Assembly: GCA_965279035.1 (NCBI GenBank)
Contig: OZ257142.1
Coordinates: forward strand, 1,456,580 to 1,520,579
Reading direction: 5' to 3'
DNA length: 64,000 nucleotides
Source: Bacteroidia bacterium
GTDB taxonomy: Bacteria; Bacteroidota; Bacteroidia; M30B66
Part shown: positions 20,183-29,934 of the stretch, one piece after another
Position numbering within the stretch: the first letter of the stretch is position 1
How the letters are laid out: every line of letters begins with the position of its first letter
The notes under the pieces: generated by a model
Seen by the model: the letters and a program-made list of their open reading frames with translations, nothing else
Told to the model about the DNA's origin: nothing
The model's database searches: none
Translations under genes and position numbers: made by a program

Positions 20183-21169
20183 TCATTGAGTTCGTTTGAT
20201 GAAGGAAATTAATCCATTCATATAGGTTTGCTGATCGTCGTACATGCAACAATGACTGCCATTTTTACACAGTAGGAATTCTCCTTTGGGAAGTTGTTTA
20301 CTCATCCATTCCATATACAGTGGATCCATCGTATCGTATGTTGCGCCAATAACCAGGCTAGGGATTTTTATATTTTTTAATTCCTTGCTCACATCCCAAT
20401 GGATTAATTTTCCAGCAACGCCAAATTCACTTGGTCCTTGCATAATCACATACAGCTCGTTGTTTAAGTGACTAAACATGCGCGATAAAGGTTCAGGCCA
20501 AACTTCCAAACGACAAATATGTTTGTTGTAAAAATGTGGAACTAATAATTCCATGTATTTAGGATTTTGGAAGTCGTTTCGCTTTTCCATTGCACGAATA
20601 GAATCTACAACTTCCGGATCCATTTGTTTTGCAAGTACATTGTCGGCATATTTTCCATATTCTGGAATGCTTGCCATCATATTGGAAATAATAAGGGCTT
20701 TCATGTTATTCTGATACTTCAATGCATATTGCATCGCGAGTATTCCGCCCCAAGAATGTCCCAATAAATAAAAATTATCCTTGTCTAAATTCAAGGCAAT
20801 TCGAACTTGTTCAACTTCCTCCACATAGCGTGATAAATCATAAAGTGAAGTGTCTTTAGGATTGTCGGAATTTCCACAAGCAAGTTGATCGTAATAAATA
20901 AATTCAATGCCTTCTTTAGGAAAGAAATTTTCAAAGCATTCGAAGTATTCATGAGTTCCACCAGGGCCTCCATTCAATAATAAGATTTTCATTTTGGGAT
21001 TTTCTCCAATTTTTTTTGTCCACACATTGAAATTCCCTTTGGGTGTTTTTATAGAAATATATTGAACACCATCTTCAGCTTGCTTAACTACTTGATTGTT
21101 TTGAGCATTTATTGAAAATGAATTTAATGCAATGATAAATGCGAGAAATACGATTCGTGAAATGCTCAT
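20183..21169 (-). CDS. Secreted proline iminopeptidase-like alpha/beta hydrolase (S33)
   Basis: LLLNGGPGGTHEY oxyanion region and the GHSWGG nucleophile elbow. Signal peptide MSISRIVFLAFIIALNSFSINAQ (start moved to 21169). Confidence 0.8.
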   Translation of the reverse strand: MSISRIVFLAFIIALNSFSINAQNNQVVKQAEDGVQYISIKTPKGNFNVWTKKIGENPKMKILLLNGGPGGTHEYFECFENFFPKEGIEFIYYDQLACGNSDNPKDTSLYDLSRYVEEVEQVRIALNLDKDNFYLLGHSWGGILAMQYALKYQNNMKALIISNMMASIPEYGKYADNVLAKQMDPEVVDSIRAMEKRNDFQNPKYMELLVPHFYNKHICRLEVWPEPLSRMFSHLNNELYVIMQGPSEFGVAGKLIHWDVSKELKNIKIPSLVIGATYDTMDPLYMEWMSKQLPKGEFLLCKNGSHCCMYDDQQTYMNGLISFIKRTQ

Positions 21170-21203
21170 TTTTGTCGAAAATAAATTGATCTGACGTAGT
21201 GAA

Positions 21204-22649
21204 TTAATCATTTATAATGATTGTCTTATGGCTTGTAATTGCTGAATTGTTATTACTCCAAACTATATGATACAATCCAGAATGCGATAAAATATCTCGT
21301 TCAATGTTGAATTGTTTTGAATAGACATTCATCGAATGAATACATTTTCCAGTTAGGTCGTAAATGCGAAGTATTCCATTATTAGTGGGTAATTGAATCT
21401 GTATGTTTCCATTACTTGGATTAGGATAAACACGCCATGCTTGATCTATATTTTCAATTCCTAAAATAGTTCCTGGATTCAGGTTAACATGAAAGGTATC
21501 GGTGAAAAAGCAGGTATCGGCATTGGATGGAAATAGGTTGGTAATGTCGAGTTTAAAATCGAGCATGGTGTTTTCAGGAATAGCTTGAGTAACATGAAAG
21601 AAAAAGCTGGCTTCAACTACCGAATCGGGATTCCAAGCGGAAGCAAAAACCTGAAATCCGCTACTGTTTAAGCCGAAATCCATACCTGCCGGAAATGCCG
21701 ACAATGGGGTGATTCGAGCGAGCGGATAGGCGAATCCTAATCCAGAAGTATTCGTTAAATTAAACCTCAAAACAGAATCACCAAACGATGAAATGGTACC
21801 TTCGAATATAGCTTGATCAGCAGCATTTGTGAGTGGTAAAAGCGAACAAGCTACATTTTGTATGGCTGGAAATCCTAAGAAATTAACCGTATTATTTCCT
21901 GAATTTGGAATAGCGAGTGTATCAGAAATTTGATTGTAGTAGATATCTGCCGGGCTCGACATACCAGTAGCTATAGTGATGGGTGCATTGAGAAAATTGC
22001 GATCGTATTTTACGATTTTTTGTCCTGTCCATGCTGATATATACCAAGTATCGAGACCGTTCCAAGCAAGACCATCACAGTTTCCAAGAGTTGTTGAAGC
22101 AATTGTTGTTACTACAGAATCGGCAAGAGATAGAGCTTTGATGGGAGCATTCGTTCCCCAATTGACAAATACTAAACGGTTATGGGCTTGGTCGTAAACG
22201 ATTCCGTTTGGACTTTGCACAAGATTTTGAGCCATCACATTGGAAGAACTTGTACTGGTGTTAATTCGGTAGATTTTTTTACCAGTAAAATCGGTGGCGA
22301 AGAGATTAACATATCCATCGCTGGTGATTCCATTGAGAAAAGTTGCACCTGTGTTTAGATTGAATGTTTGAGTTCCGTCTGTTAAGTCGTAGCCTTTGAT
22401 GTATCCACTACAGCAAGCATAAACTGTATTTCCTACGATTTCGATTCCATAAGGAACAGGACTAATTCCCGATTTAAAAACCGATAACACACCACTTGCC
22501 GAACGAGCGAGAATGGTTCCGCTCCCGGTGTTTGAAATTAAATAACGGTTGTTGCCTGCATCAAATGCAATGCTTTCGGGACCGTTGTATGTTTGAGCTT
22601 GGATGAAATTTGAGCACAGAATTGCAATTAGTAGTAAACAATTTTTCAT
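21204..22649 (-). CDS. T9SS-sorted secreted protein with an N-terminal six-blade-like beta-propeller (NHL/SMP-30-like)
   Basis: Signal peptide. Repeating roughly 40-aa blades (GPESIAFDAGNNRYLISN, PNGIVYDQAHNRLVFVN, CDGLAWNGLDTWYIS, PADIYYNQISDTLAIPN). C-terminal T9SS type-A domain (WRVYPNPSNGNIQIQL...GLYHIVW). Confidence 0.7.
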   Translation of the reverse strand: MKNCLLLIAILCSNFIQAQTYNGPESIAFDAGNNRYLISNTGSGTILARSASGVLSVFKSGISPVPYGIEIVGNTVYACCSGYIKGYDLTDGTQTFNLNTGATFLNGITSDGYVNLFATDFTGKKIYRINTSTSSSNVMAQNLVQSPNGIVYDQAHNRLVFVNWGTNAPIKALSLADSVVTTIASTTLGNCDGLAWNGLDTWYISAWTGQKIVKYDRNFLNAPITIATGMSSPADIYYNQISDTLAIPNSGNNTVNFLGFPAIQNVACSLLPLTNAADQAIFEGTISSFGDSVLRFNLTNTSGLGFAYPLARITPLSAFPAGMDFGLNSSGFQVFASAWNPDSVVEASFFFHVTQAIPENTMLDFKLDITNLFPSNADTCFFTDTFHVNLNPGTILGIENIDQAWRVYPNPSNGNIQIQLPTNNGILRIYDLTGKCIHSMNVYSKQFNIERDILSHSGLYHIVWSNNNSAITSHKTIIIND

Positions 22650-22704
22650 GGGTTGGGAGGAATGAAGATCAGATGTATAATTAAACTATTCCCTGTTTAA
22701 ATAC

Positions 22705-22732
22705 AAAAAACCCGGAATGTTGGTTCCGGGTT
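22705..22732 (-). terminator. Rho-independent terminator after the 22745..24385 gene
   Basis: AACCCGGAA-tgttgg-TTCCGGGTT, with an A-run at 22705-22710 on the plus strand (a U-run on the minus transcript). Confidence 0.7.
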
Positions 22733-22744
22733 TTCAAATGTGAA

Positions 22745-24385
22745 TTAATGCTGAACAATGAGTTTTTGAGTGTATGTTCCTGTATTGCTGCACAAACGTA
22801 TAATATAAACACCACTTTTATTGGGAGTTTGACACTGGAGAGCATTTTTCCCGACAGGTAAATTCTCTGTATTTGTTTGTTGAATGATTCTTCCTGAAAT
22901 ATCCCAAATACTAATTTGTACATCGGAAGCTTTTTCTAACTCGAATGTCAAATTGAATATTCCATTTGCTGGATTGGGGTTGATTGAAGCGAAATTCGTT
23001 TCTAAATTCTCATTACCCAAAATAACTTCCCCCAATGTGTATTGAATATAATAGAGTTTCATTTCATCATTGGTCGTCAATCCAAAATGAACTGAAGTTG
23101 TTCCTGTATTTCTGAATGTGGCTTCTTGTATCAAACCGAGTTTTGGATTGATGGGTTCCAATGGTTCAAATTGACGAACGGGTGGATGAGAAAAACTGTA
23201 ATATCCTTGATTGAACGTATAATCGGTATTATACCAGCCTTCGTAAATCTGATCACCTTTGGTTCCATTTGAATTTCGTTTGAAAATATCGAAATCAACC
23301 CCGTATTTGTGAGTATGAGATGTCAATTGCCAAATATTCCAATACTGAGTGGCTGATACATCATAATCGGCTTGAGAAAATGTATGAGGTGTATTGTCGG
23401 CTGGAATTAATATGTTGAGGTCGGTAATTAAATCCGAATGCATTTCGATGATCTCATCAGTTGCTGGTAATGTGTAAACATTAATAAAGACTTCAGAAGC
23501 CAAAACAGAATCGACATTGTAGTTTTTTAGATGGAAATTCATATCGAGCACACTTCCAGTTGGCCATATATACGCTGTTCCTTGAGGTAAATGAGTATCG
23601 AACGACATCTGCCAAGCATTGATCATCGTGGATGAACTTCCTGAAGAACCAACTCCGGTTAAAGGATTCTGTAATCGTAATCCTTCGGCAAATGAAGCAT
23701 CTTGTCCGGGAAGAAATTTATAGAGAATGAAGTGATGACTTTGAGGAGCCATGATCATTTCGAGACGGTTAACCTTAATATTTGCAGGAAGTTCAAGATC
23801 GTATTTGATAAAGTATTCGGCTTCTGATTGTGGTGCTAAGAATATTTTCCCTAAGTGTAATTGAAATGATCCCGTTTCTGTAGGAATTGGTGGAGCACTA
23901 GGAATGCTATTGATTCCTCCATTGGTATAATACTCATCGATAATTGCTGTGTTTACAACATTTCCAGTTAAAGGAGCTCCTTTATAAATCCATTGTCGAA
24001 TCAATTCTAAACTTTGTTGTGGAACTGCTGGTCCTGGACCACCATAATTGGGCATACCAGCACCTTCGTCAACAGTAAGCATTTCGTTAGGGTAGAGTCC
24101 ATTATTGCATTTACGCATAAGAAAGCTTCGGTCGGGATAACCAGGACGAATGAGTTTATACCCTTTCGCAATTGCTGCAGGATTTGTTGGACTTACATTC
24201 ACAATGCGATTGTATACTTCTGTGTCTGTTCCACTCAAATTCAAATTCCCGGAATTATCCACTCCATTGTGACAACCAATAGCACAGGTACTTTGGAAAA
24301 AAGTATTGATTTGAGAGAATGTGTTTTGGGCTTGAATGCTATTCGAGACAAAAAGCACGATTAAGGAAAGGAGTGTGTTTTTCAT
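22745..24385 (-). CDS. T9SS-sorted secreted protein: N-terminal cytochrome-c-like (PSCyt1-like, CAIGCH) module plus a PHM/DBH-like copper-monooxygenase His pattern
   Basis: Signal peptide. C34-x3-C38-H39. H217H218 (23732-23737), H285, H357-x-H359 and M442 (23060-23062) have spacing close to the PHM CuH/CuM ligands. C-terminal INPNPANGIFNLTF...GVYIIRL is a T9SS sorting domain. The CDS itself is secure; the functional call is tentative. Confidence 0.45.
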   Translation of the reverse strand: MKNTLLSLIVLFVSNSIQAQNTFSQINTFFQSTCAIGCHNGVDNSGNLNLSGTDTEVYNRIVNVSPTNPAAIAKGYKLIRPGYPDRSFLMRKCNNGLYPNEMLTVDEGAGMPNYGGPGPAVPQQSLELIRQWIYKGAPLTGNVVNTAIIDEYYTNGGINSIPSAPPIPTETGSFQLHLGKIFLAPQSEAEYFIKYDLELPANIKVNRLEMIMAPQSHHFILYKFLPGQDASFAEGLRLQNPLTGVGSSGSSSTMINAWQMSFDTHLPQGTAYIWPTGSVLDMNFHLKNYNVDSVLASEVFINVYTLPATDEIIEMHSDLITDLNILIPADNTPHTFSQADYDVSATQYWNIWQLTSHTHKYGVDFDIFKRNSNGTKGDQIYEGWYNTDYTFNQGYYSFSHPPVRQFEPLEPINPKLGLIQEATFRNTGTTSVHFGLTTNDEMKLYYIQYTLGEVILGNENLETNFASINPNPANGIFNLTFELEKASDVQISIWDISGRIIQQTNTENLPVGKNALQCQTPNKSGVYIIRLCSNTGTYTQKLIVQH

Positions 24386-24394
24386 GGGTTGGGA

Positions 24395-25105
24395 TTAATC
24401 GTATGATTCGAACCGGATTTGTTTTTTGTCTAGTACAAATGCTTGTAAATGTTCTCGGGCTTCTTTGAGCATGTTTGCCCATCCACAAAGATAGAAGAGA
24501 TGATCACCTGGAAGAAGAAATATTTCTTTATACACATCATGAACATAACCTGATCGTCCTGACCATTGTTCTCGGGATAAAACGGGTATGTAATTGAAAC
24601 TTGCTTTTTCTTCTTGAAGCTTCAGAAATTCCTGGTGATACAGTAAATCTCTTTGACTGCGTACACCTGCAATGAGTGTAATTTCATGATGCGGTTTCTC
24701 TTGTTGGAAAATGTCGAGTATCATCGATCGAAAGGGAGCAATACCAGTACCTGTGCAAATAAAACATAATCGACGGTTTAGGTTTTCATCAAGCCTAAAT
24801 TTACCTAAAGGAAGGGTTGTTTTAATTTTCGAACCAATCGAAATATCTCGAAATAAGTGCGGTGTTCCCAACCCTTGAGGATTCATTACAATGATGAGTT
24901 CTAAGGTATTGTCGCTCGATGGGGGAGAGGCAATGGAATAACTTCGGTTGGTGTATTTGCTGTCGATAGGTAAATCTAACATTACAAACTGACCTGCATG
25001 AAAATCTAGCATAACTTCACTAGGATAGCGAAGCACAAAGCGTTTCACATCTGGAGTTTCATCCAAAATCTGAATTACTTCGCAGTCATAATAGGTATAT
25101 GCCAT
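24395..25105 (-). CDS. Ferredoxin-NADP reductase-like FAD/NAD(P)-binding oxidoreductase (no Fe-S domain)
   Basis: RSYSIAS (RxYS FAD motif) and CTGTGIAPF (NAD(P)H motif). 236 aa with no signal peptide. Ends 9 nt upstream of the next gene. Confidence 0.8.
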   Translation of the reverse strand: MAYTYYDCEVIQILDETPDVKRFVLRYPSEVMLDFHAGQFVMLDLPIDSKYTNRSYSIASPPSSDNTLELIIVMNPQGLGTPHLFRDISIGSKIKTTLPLGKFRLDENLNRRLCFICTGTGIAPFRSMILDIFQQEKPHHEITLIAGVRSQRDLLYHQEFLKLQEEKASFNYIPVLSREQWSGRSGYVHDVYKEIFLLPGDHLFYLCGWANMLKEAREHLQAFVLDKKQIRFESYD

Positions 25106-25180
25106 TTCAAACCAAGATACTGAAATATCTTTTCATCCAGTTCATTTTCAAAAGATTGAGTTCGAATTTTTTTCTTGATT

Positions 25181-25217
25181 GAAAAATGCCCGGAAATGTT
25201 TAATCATCGCCGGGCAT
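25181..25217 (-). terminator. Rho-independent terminator after the S9 peptidase gene
   Basis: ATGCCCGG (25186-25193) pairs with CCGGGCAT (25210-25217). A U-run on the minus transcript comes from GAAAAA at 25181-25185. Confidence 0.65.
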
Positions 25218-25276
25218 TTGAAAAAGTATTAGTAATCAATACACTATGTTATCGAATTCAATTGTATTGATGGAAT

Positions 25277-27193
25277 TTATTTTCCAATTCTTCCATTTAG
25301 GTATTTACCAAAGAAACGCTCCATTTCCTTATAAAAGTCCATACGGTTTTCTTCGTTGCCAAAGCCATGTCCTTCGTTGTCTTTCACCATATATGGCACG
25401 TCAATTCCTCGTTTTTTCAATGCTTCTACCATTTGATCCGACTCTGCTTTTGCAACCCTTGGATCGTTTGCACCTTGAGCAATAAAGAGTGGACATTTGA
25501 TTTTATCTACATGAAAAACGGGTGAAGCAGCTGTCATCAACTCTTTATCTTTCTCAGGATCTCCTACCATTTCGTACATCATATCGAGATAGGGTTTCCA
25601 ATAAGGAGGAATGGTGCTCATAAAAGTGAAAAGGTTCGAAACACCTACGTAGTCAACTGCACAAGCATATAAGTCGGGTGTTAATGTGATGCCTGCCAAT
25701 GTTGCATAGCCACCATACGATGCTCCATAGATGGCTACATGTTTTGGATCGGCAATGCCTTGTTCAATCAACCAATTCACACCATCGGTAATGTCATTTT
25801 GCATGGTTAAACCCCATTGCTTAAAACTCGCTTCCCAAAAGGCGCGACCATAACCAACCGAACCTCTAAAGTTCATCTGTAAAACCGCATATCCACGATT
25901 CGCCAAGAACTGCACTTCAGGATTAAAACCCCATTCATCGCGTGCCCAAGGACCACCGTGCGGATTAATCACCACAGGTAAATTCTTAGCTGGAATACCT
26001 TTCGGTAAAGTCAAATACCCATTGATTACTTTCCCATCACGAGCAATGTACTTGATAGGCTTCATTTCGGCCATATCTTCTTCCTTCAACCAAGGACTGA
26101 TATCCGCCAATTTAGTGAATGCACCTGTAGTTAAATCGTAGAAATAATAGCTACCATAAGAACGATCACTCGATACAGTAATGAGTAGTTTATCCTCGTT
26201 ACGATTTTGTCCGCTTAGACTTACTTCATATCCTGGAAAGCGAGCATCTAGTTTCTTTTGAAGTTCCTCACGTTGTTTATCGAAAAACTGATAGTGGCTT
26301 TTATCTGTTTCATACACAACGCCAGTAATCACTTTGCGCTTGCGGCTGCGAAGTAAAGTACTAACATCAACTTCGGGATGTTCGTACAATGAAGCAATCT
26401 CTTTTTTAGCAACCGGATCGTATTTGATTATAGTTGATCGATCGCGTCCGATGTTTGAAGAAACAAATAGCATTTTATCGTCGAAATCGAAATACAACGG
26501 ACTAAACGATTCTTTGAAATTGGTTGAAATGAGTTCGGTAAATTTTTCGGAGTCATTATTCCGGTAAAGCACGCCAGTGTTGATACCATCGGTAGTAGTA
26601 GCGATACGAATAACACCTTTATTGTCGGTTTGCCAGCCGGTAATGTTTCCTGGATTTTCGCCAACCATTGTTAATTCACCTGTATTGATATTGATGCGGT
26701 AAGCATCGTAAAATTCAGGATTGCGTTTGTTCAGGCCGATAATCATTTCATTATCGTTATCGTACAAATCGTCGATGATTTCTGCACGAACTTCAGCGCC
26801 TTCGGTTAATTCTTTTTGGTTTTTTCCATCAGAATCAACGGCAAACAAGTGAAAGTTTTCGTTTCCACCTTTGTCTTGTAAAAAGACCAATCGGTTGTTA
26901 TTCTTCCAAAAATAGCCTTGAATATCGCGCTCTTTTGCGAATGTAACTTGAACTTCGCCGGGTTTACCAATTTCTTGAACAAAGATATTTAGGCGGTTTT
27001 CCCATGGTTGCATAAAGGCAAGGTGCTTTCCATCAGGCGAAATGCGGAAGGCTACTTTTTCCGGATTCCGGAAAAAATCTTTCAGTGGAAGTACAGGAGC
27101 CTGTTGTGCATCGGCATTTTCAGGCATACCGACTACGAGTGTAGCCATAAGGATTGAGGCAATAAAGTTTCTAGTTGTAAACATAAGGGACAT
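25277..27193 (-). CDS. S9-family serine peptidase (prolyl oligopeptidase/dipeptidyl peptidase type) with an N-terminal propeller
   Basis: Signal peptide. GASYGGY nucleophile elbow, QGANDPRV (Asp) and NEGHGF (His). Confidence 0.9.
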   Translation of the reverse strand: MSLMFTTRNFIASILMATLVVGMPENADAQQAPVLPLKDFFRNPEKVAFRISPDGKHLAFMQPWENRLNIFVQEIGKPGEVQVTFAKERDIQGYFWKNNNRLVFLQDKGGNENFHLFAVDSDGKNQKELTEGAEVRAEIIDDLYDNDNEMIIGLNKRNPEFYDAYRININTGELTMVGENPGNITGWQTDNKGVIRIATTTDGINTGVLYRNNDSEKFTELISTNFKESFSPLYFDFDDKMLFVSSNIGRDRSTIIKYDPVAKKEIASLYEHPEVDVSTLLRSRKRKVITGVVYETDKSHYQFFDKQREELQKKLDARFPGYEVSLSGQNRNEDKLLITVSSDRSYGSYYFYDLTTGAFTKLADISPWLKEEDMAEMKPIKYIARDGKVINGYLTLPKGIPAKNLPVVINPHGGPWARDEWGFNPEVQFLANRGYAVLQMNFRGSVGYGRAFWEASFKQWGLTMQNDITDGVNWLIEQGIADPKHVAIYGASYGGYATLAGITLTPDLYACAVDYVGVSNLFTFMSTIPPYWKPYLDMMYEMVGDPEKDKELMTAASPVFHVDKIKCPLFIAQGANDPRVAKAESDQMVEALKKRGIDVPYMVKDNEGHGFGNEENRMDFYKEMERFFGKYLNGRIGK

Positions 27194-27398
27194 GAGTGTA
27201 TGAACGAGGCAAATTAAAGGTTTCTTGTTTACTTGAAAATCATTTGAAAAATGAATGTCATTTGAAATTCAGATAATTCACAACATTAGTAGTCCAATCT
27301 TACTATTTGTTACAAAAGAGAAATTTATTTTTAGCTAACTCTGCATTATTGCGTTTCACAGCACAGCCCAAATCTTGAGTGTGTTGCTTGATGTTAAT

Positions 27399-27761
27399 TC
27401 AAAGTTCTTCCCAACCTTTATTTTGGAAATCATATTTTGCATATTCTCCTGTGTCTGTAAATTCGGAAGCCGTCATTCCTACTTCAAAAATTGAGTTTTC
27501 ATTCCAACTTGCAGTAAAATACAGCGCTTTATTTGTCAAAAATGCCGTTCCATAGTCTTCGTTTGGATGATGGAAATGAATTCCAATATCATCTTCTTTC
27601 GTTATTTCATATTCGTATTGTAATAATCTATCTTTCAGTTCATGATATTGTTTTGCAGTAAATAATACTAAATGATCTTCATGTTCGAAAAAGGTATCAT
27701 CATTTAGTTTTACTTCTTTCTCTTTTGTTTCGATTCTGTAAAGTCCTATGTCGTAACTCAT
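27399..27761 (-). CDS. Hypothetical cytoplasmic protein (120 aa)
   Basis: ORF only. An isolated gene with roughly 200-nt AT-rich spacers on both sides. Confidence 0.5.
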   Translation of the reverse strand: MSYDIGLYRIETKEKEVKLNDDTFFEHEDHLVLFTAKQYHELKDRLLQYEYEITKEDDIGIHFHHPNEDYGTAFLTNKALYFTASWNENSIFEVGMTASEFTDTGEYAKYDFQNKGWEEL

Positions 27762-27956
27762 TTTCTTTAAAATTAGTTGTTTTAAATAGCAGCTTATTTA
27801 ATTTAACTGAAATTTAGAATTTTCAGGAACAGTCAATTATTTTGAGTTTATTGAAATGAAAGTAGAAATTTATCTAAGCATTTATTTAGATTTGAGATAC
27901 GTCAAATTTGAACGCTAGAATTACATGCTAAATTAGTTCTATGGTAGTTTAGAAAA

Positions 27957-29198
27957 TCAGTTCCGCTTTTCGTTTGCGGCAATCAGTTCGGAGTGTTTTC
28001 CTAGTGTTCTCAAGGCAAAAAACAAACTCAAAAAGCAAAATATGGCTCCTAACATAAATGCCGCACCTGGGAAATAAAATGGAGCATCATCAGCCGTAAA
28101 GCGGGCAAATACATTGGTCATCATTACTGGTCCAATAATCGAAGTAAGACTCACTAAACTTGTTAATGCGCCTTGTAATTCGCCTTGTTCAGAACCGGGC
28201 ACTTGGGCCGACATAATTCCTTGCAAAGCTGGACCACAAATACCTGAAAGGCAATAAGGAATTAATGCAGCATACATCATCCAACTTTGATTGGCAAAAG
28301 CAAAACAACTTAGTCCGATACAATAGAGAATCAAACCCCAATAAACAGAGCGTTTCTGTCCCAACCATGGATTGATATAGCGTATTAATCCACCTTGAAC
28401 AATCGCCACCAAAATCCCTACAAAACCTAAAGAATACCCAACAGCCTTTTCGTCCCAATCAAAACGTTCCATAGTAAAGAACGACCAGGTGCTTTGTACT
28501 GCATGTGAAGCGATATACACGAAAAGCAATGATACAACTAAGCCTGAAATGATTGGATATTTTTGTAAGTGTCTTAATGCACCCACTGGATTTGCACGTT
28601 TCCAATCGAACGTTCTGCGGTTTTCTTTCGACAAGGATTCGGGTAGAATAAAATAGCCGTAAAGGAAATTAATGAAGGTAAGTGCTGCCGCTGCAATAAA
28701 GGGAATGCGAGAACCATATCCACCTAAAATTCCACCGACAACAGGACCAATAATAAATCCTAATCCGAAAGCAGCTCCGACTAAACCAAAATTCTGAGCT
28801 CGTTTTTCAGGTGTTGAAATATCTGCAATGTATGCTGTTGCAGTAGTGATGCTTGCTCCCATGACTCCAGCAATGAGCCTTCCTACGAATAACCATAAAA
28901 TACTTGGTGCAAAAGCCAAAAAAAGATAGTCGAGAGCAAAGCCAAATAGCGAAATGAGCAAAATAGGTCGACGTCCATATTGATCGCTCAAGTTTCCTAA
29001 TACAGGCGAAAACAAAAACTGCATAATGGCGAACGAAAACAAGAGCCATCCACCATATTCCGCTGCATCGCTGAGCGTTCCGCCTGTAAGTTCTTGAATG
29101 AGTTTCGGGAATACAGGAATGATAATTCCTAATCCTGTAATATCAATTAATAAGGTAGCGAAAATGAAGCCAATTGCGGGCTTACGGGAGTTTGACAT
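27957..29198 (-). CDS. MFS transporter, DHA1/TetA-like efflux pump
   Basis: 12 predicted TM segments. MFS motif [15 protein letters not shown]. Confidence 0.9.
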   Translation of the reverse strand: MSNSRKPAIGFIFATLLIDITGLGIIIPVFPKLIQELTGGTLSDAAEYGGWLLFSFAIMQFLFSPVLGNLSDQYGRRPILLISLFGFALDYLFLAFAPSILWLFVGRLIAGVMGASITTATAYIADISTPEKRAQNFGLVGAAFGLGFIIGPVVGGILGGYGSRIPFIAAAALTFINFLYGYFILPESLSKENRRTFDWKRANPVGALRHLQKYPIISGLVVSLLFVYIASHAVQSTWSFFTMERFDWDEKAVGYSLGFVGILVAIVQGGLIRYINPWLGQKRSVYWGLILYCIGLSCFAFANQSWMMYAALIPYCLSGICGPALQGIMSAQVPGSEQGELQGALTSLVSLTSIIGPVMMTNVFARFTADDAPFYFPGAAFMLGAIFCFLSLFFALRTLGKHSELIAANEKRN

Positions 29199-29256
29199 GT
29201 GTTTGGGTCAGGTTTTCAAATGTACTGAATTCCTTCATTTAACAAATCGAAGCATT

Positions 29257-29934
29257 TTAATTCGATTTCTTTTTACTTAGTTTAGGTAAATCATACGATA
29301 CATTGAATTGTAGAACTTGAATAATAATTTTCGAATTCCATTGTGGTTGCCAGATATAGGATGCTTCGAAGCTAGTATGCTTATTAGGTGACCATTTTAT
29401 TCCCACTGTGTTTCGAATTCGACGAAAATAAAACTCCGAAGAACTATATCTATACATTGGTTCGGAGCTCAAAAACACTTTCAGTTTTATGATGATTTTT
29501 TGTTCGGCACCCAACTTCAATCTGAAATTTTGTATAGAAGGATTGATGCCCCATTCAGGAATGCTTTCAAAATAATATTGATATTGGTATTTAGCTTTTG
29601 CCGACAATGTTAGTTTATCCCATTTCCAATTGCGTCCAAAGCCAACACTGTATCTAATTCGATCCCATCGATTGGATGTGCTATATCGGATTCCTGCTTC
29701 GACAGCCCAGTGTTTATTTAGTTTATACCCTAGTGTTGCACTTATATAACTTCCGCGGAAGCGTGAACAATTTTTATCGAAACGCGATTGATATTGTGCA
29801 CTTAAATCGAATCCTTTTCTTAAATCCTGATTTAATTCCAAGGCATTCCATACTTGAAAATCGCTGGGGGTTTGAGCCGATAAATTCCAGGTATTTAAAA
29901 TAAGAATTAGAAACAGAAATTGCTTAATCTTCAT
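29257..29934 (-). CDS. DUF2490-like outer-membrane beta-barrel protein
   Basis: Signal peptide MKIKQFLFLILILNTWNLSAQ (start moved to 29934). Beta-strand-rich with a C-terminal aromatic pattern. 11-nt overlap with the upstream gene. Confidence 0.55.
   Translation of the reverse strand: MKIKQFLFLILILNTWNLSAQTPSDFQVWNALELNQDLRKGFDLSAQYQSRFDKNCSRFRGSYISATLGYKLNKHWAVEAGIRYSTSNRWDRIRYSVGFGRNWKWDKLTLSAKAKYQYQYYFESIPEWGINPSIQNFRLKLGAEQKIIIKLKVFLSSEPMYRYSSSEFYFRRIRNTVGIKWSPNKHTSFEASYIWQPQWNSKIIIQVLQFNVSYDLPKLSKKKSN

Noticed and set aside
22681-22923. 80-aa minus-strand ORF overlapping the 3' end of the 22745..24385 gene
   Set aside because: It is in an alternative frame of a well-supported CDS and reads through its terminator hairpin.
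21204-24385. PHM-like protein next to a secreted six-blade propeller, considered as a split bacterial PHM+PAL (peptide alpha-amidating) system
   Set aside because: The PAL propeller needs a Zn site made of three His plus catalytic Tyr/Arg. The first 260 aa or so of the 21204..22649 protein contain essentially one His (QAHNRL). A terminator at 22705-22732 also separates the two genes. The adjacency is probably just two T9SS cargo genes.
24405-24416. GATTCGAACCGG (reverse complement CCGGTTCGAATC) resembling a tRNA T-arm
   Set aside because: It lies inside the FNR-like CDS (encoding ..IRFESYD). No acceptor, D or anticodon arms can be built around it.
28189-29049. Alternative-frame ORFs 28189..28458 and 28807..29049 inside the MFS gene
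   Set aside because: Their Cys/Arg-rich translations are implausible. The MFS frame has clear family motifs over the same DNA.
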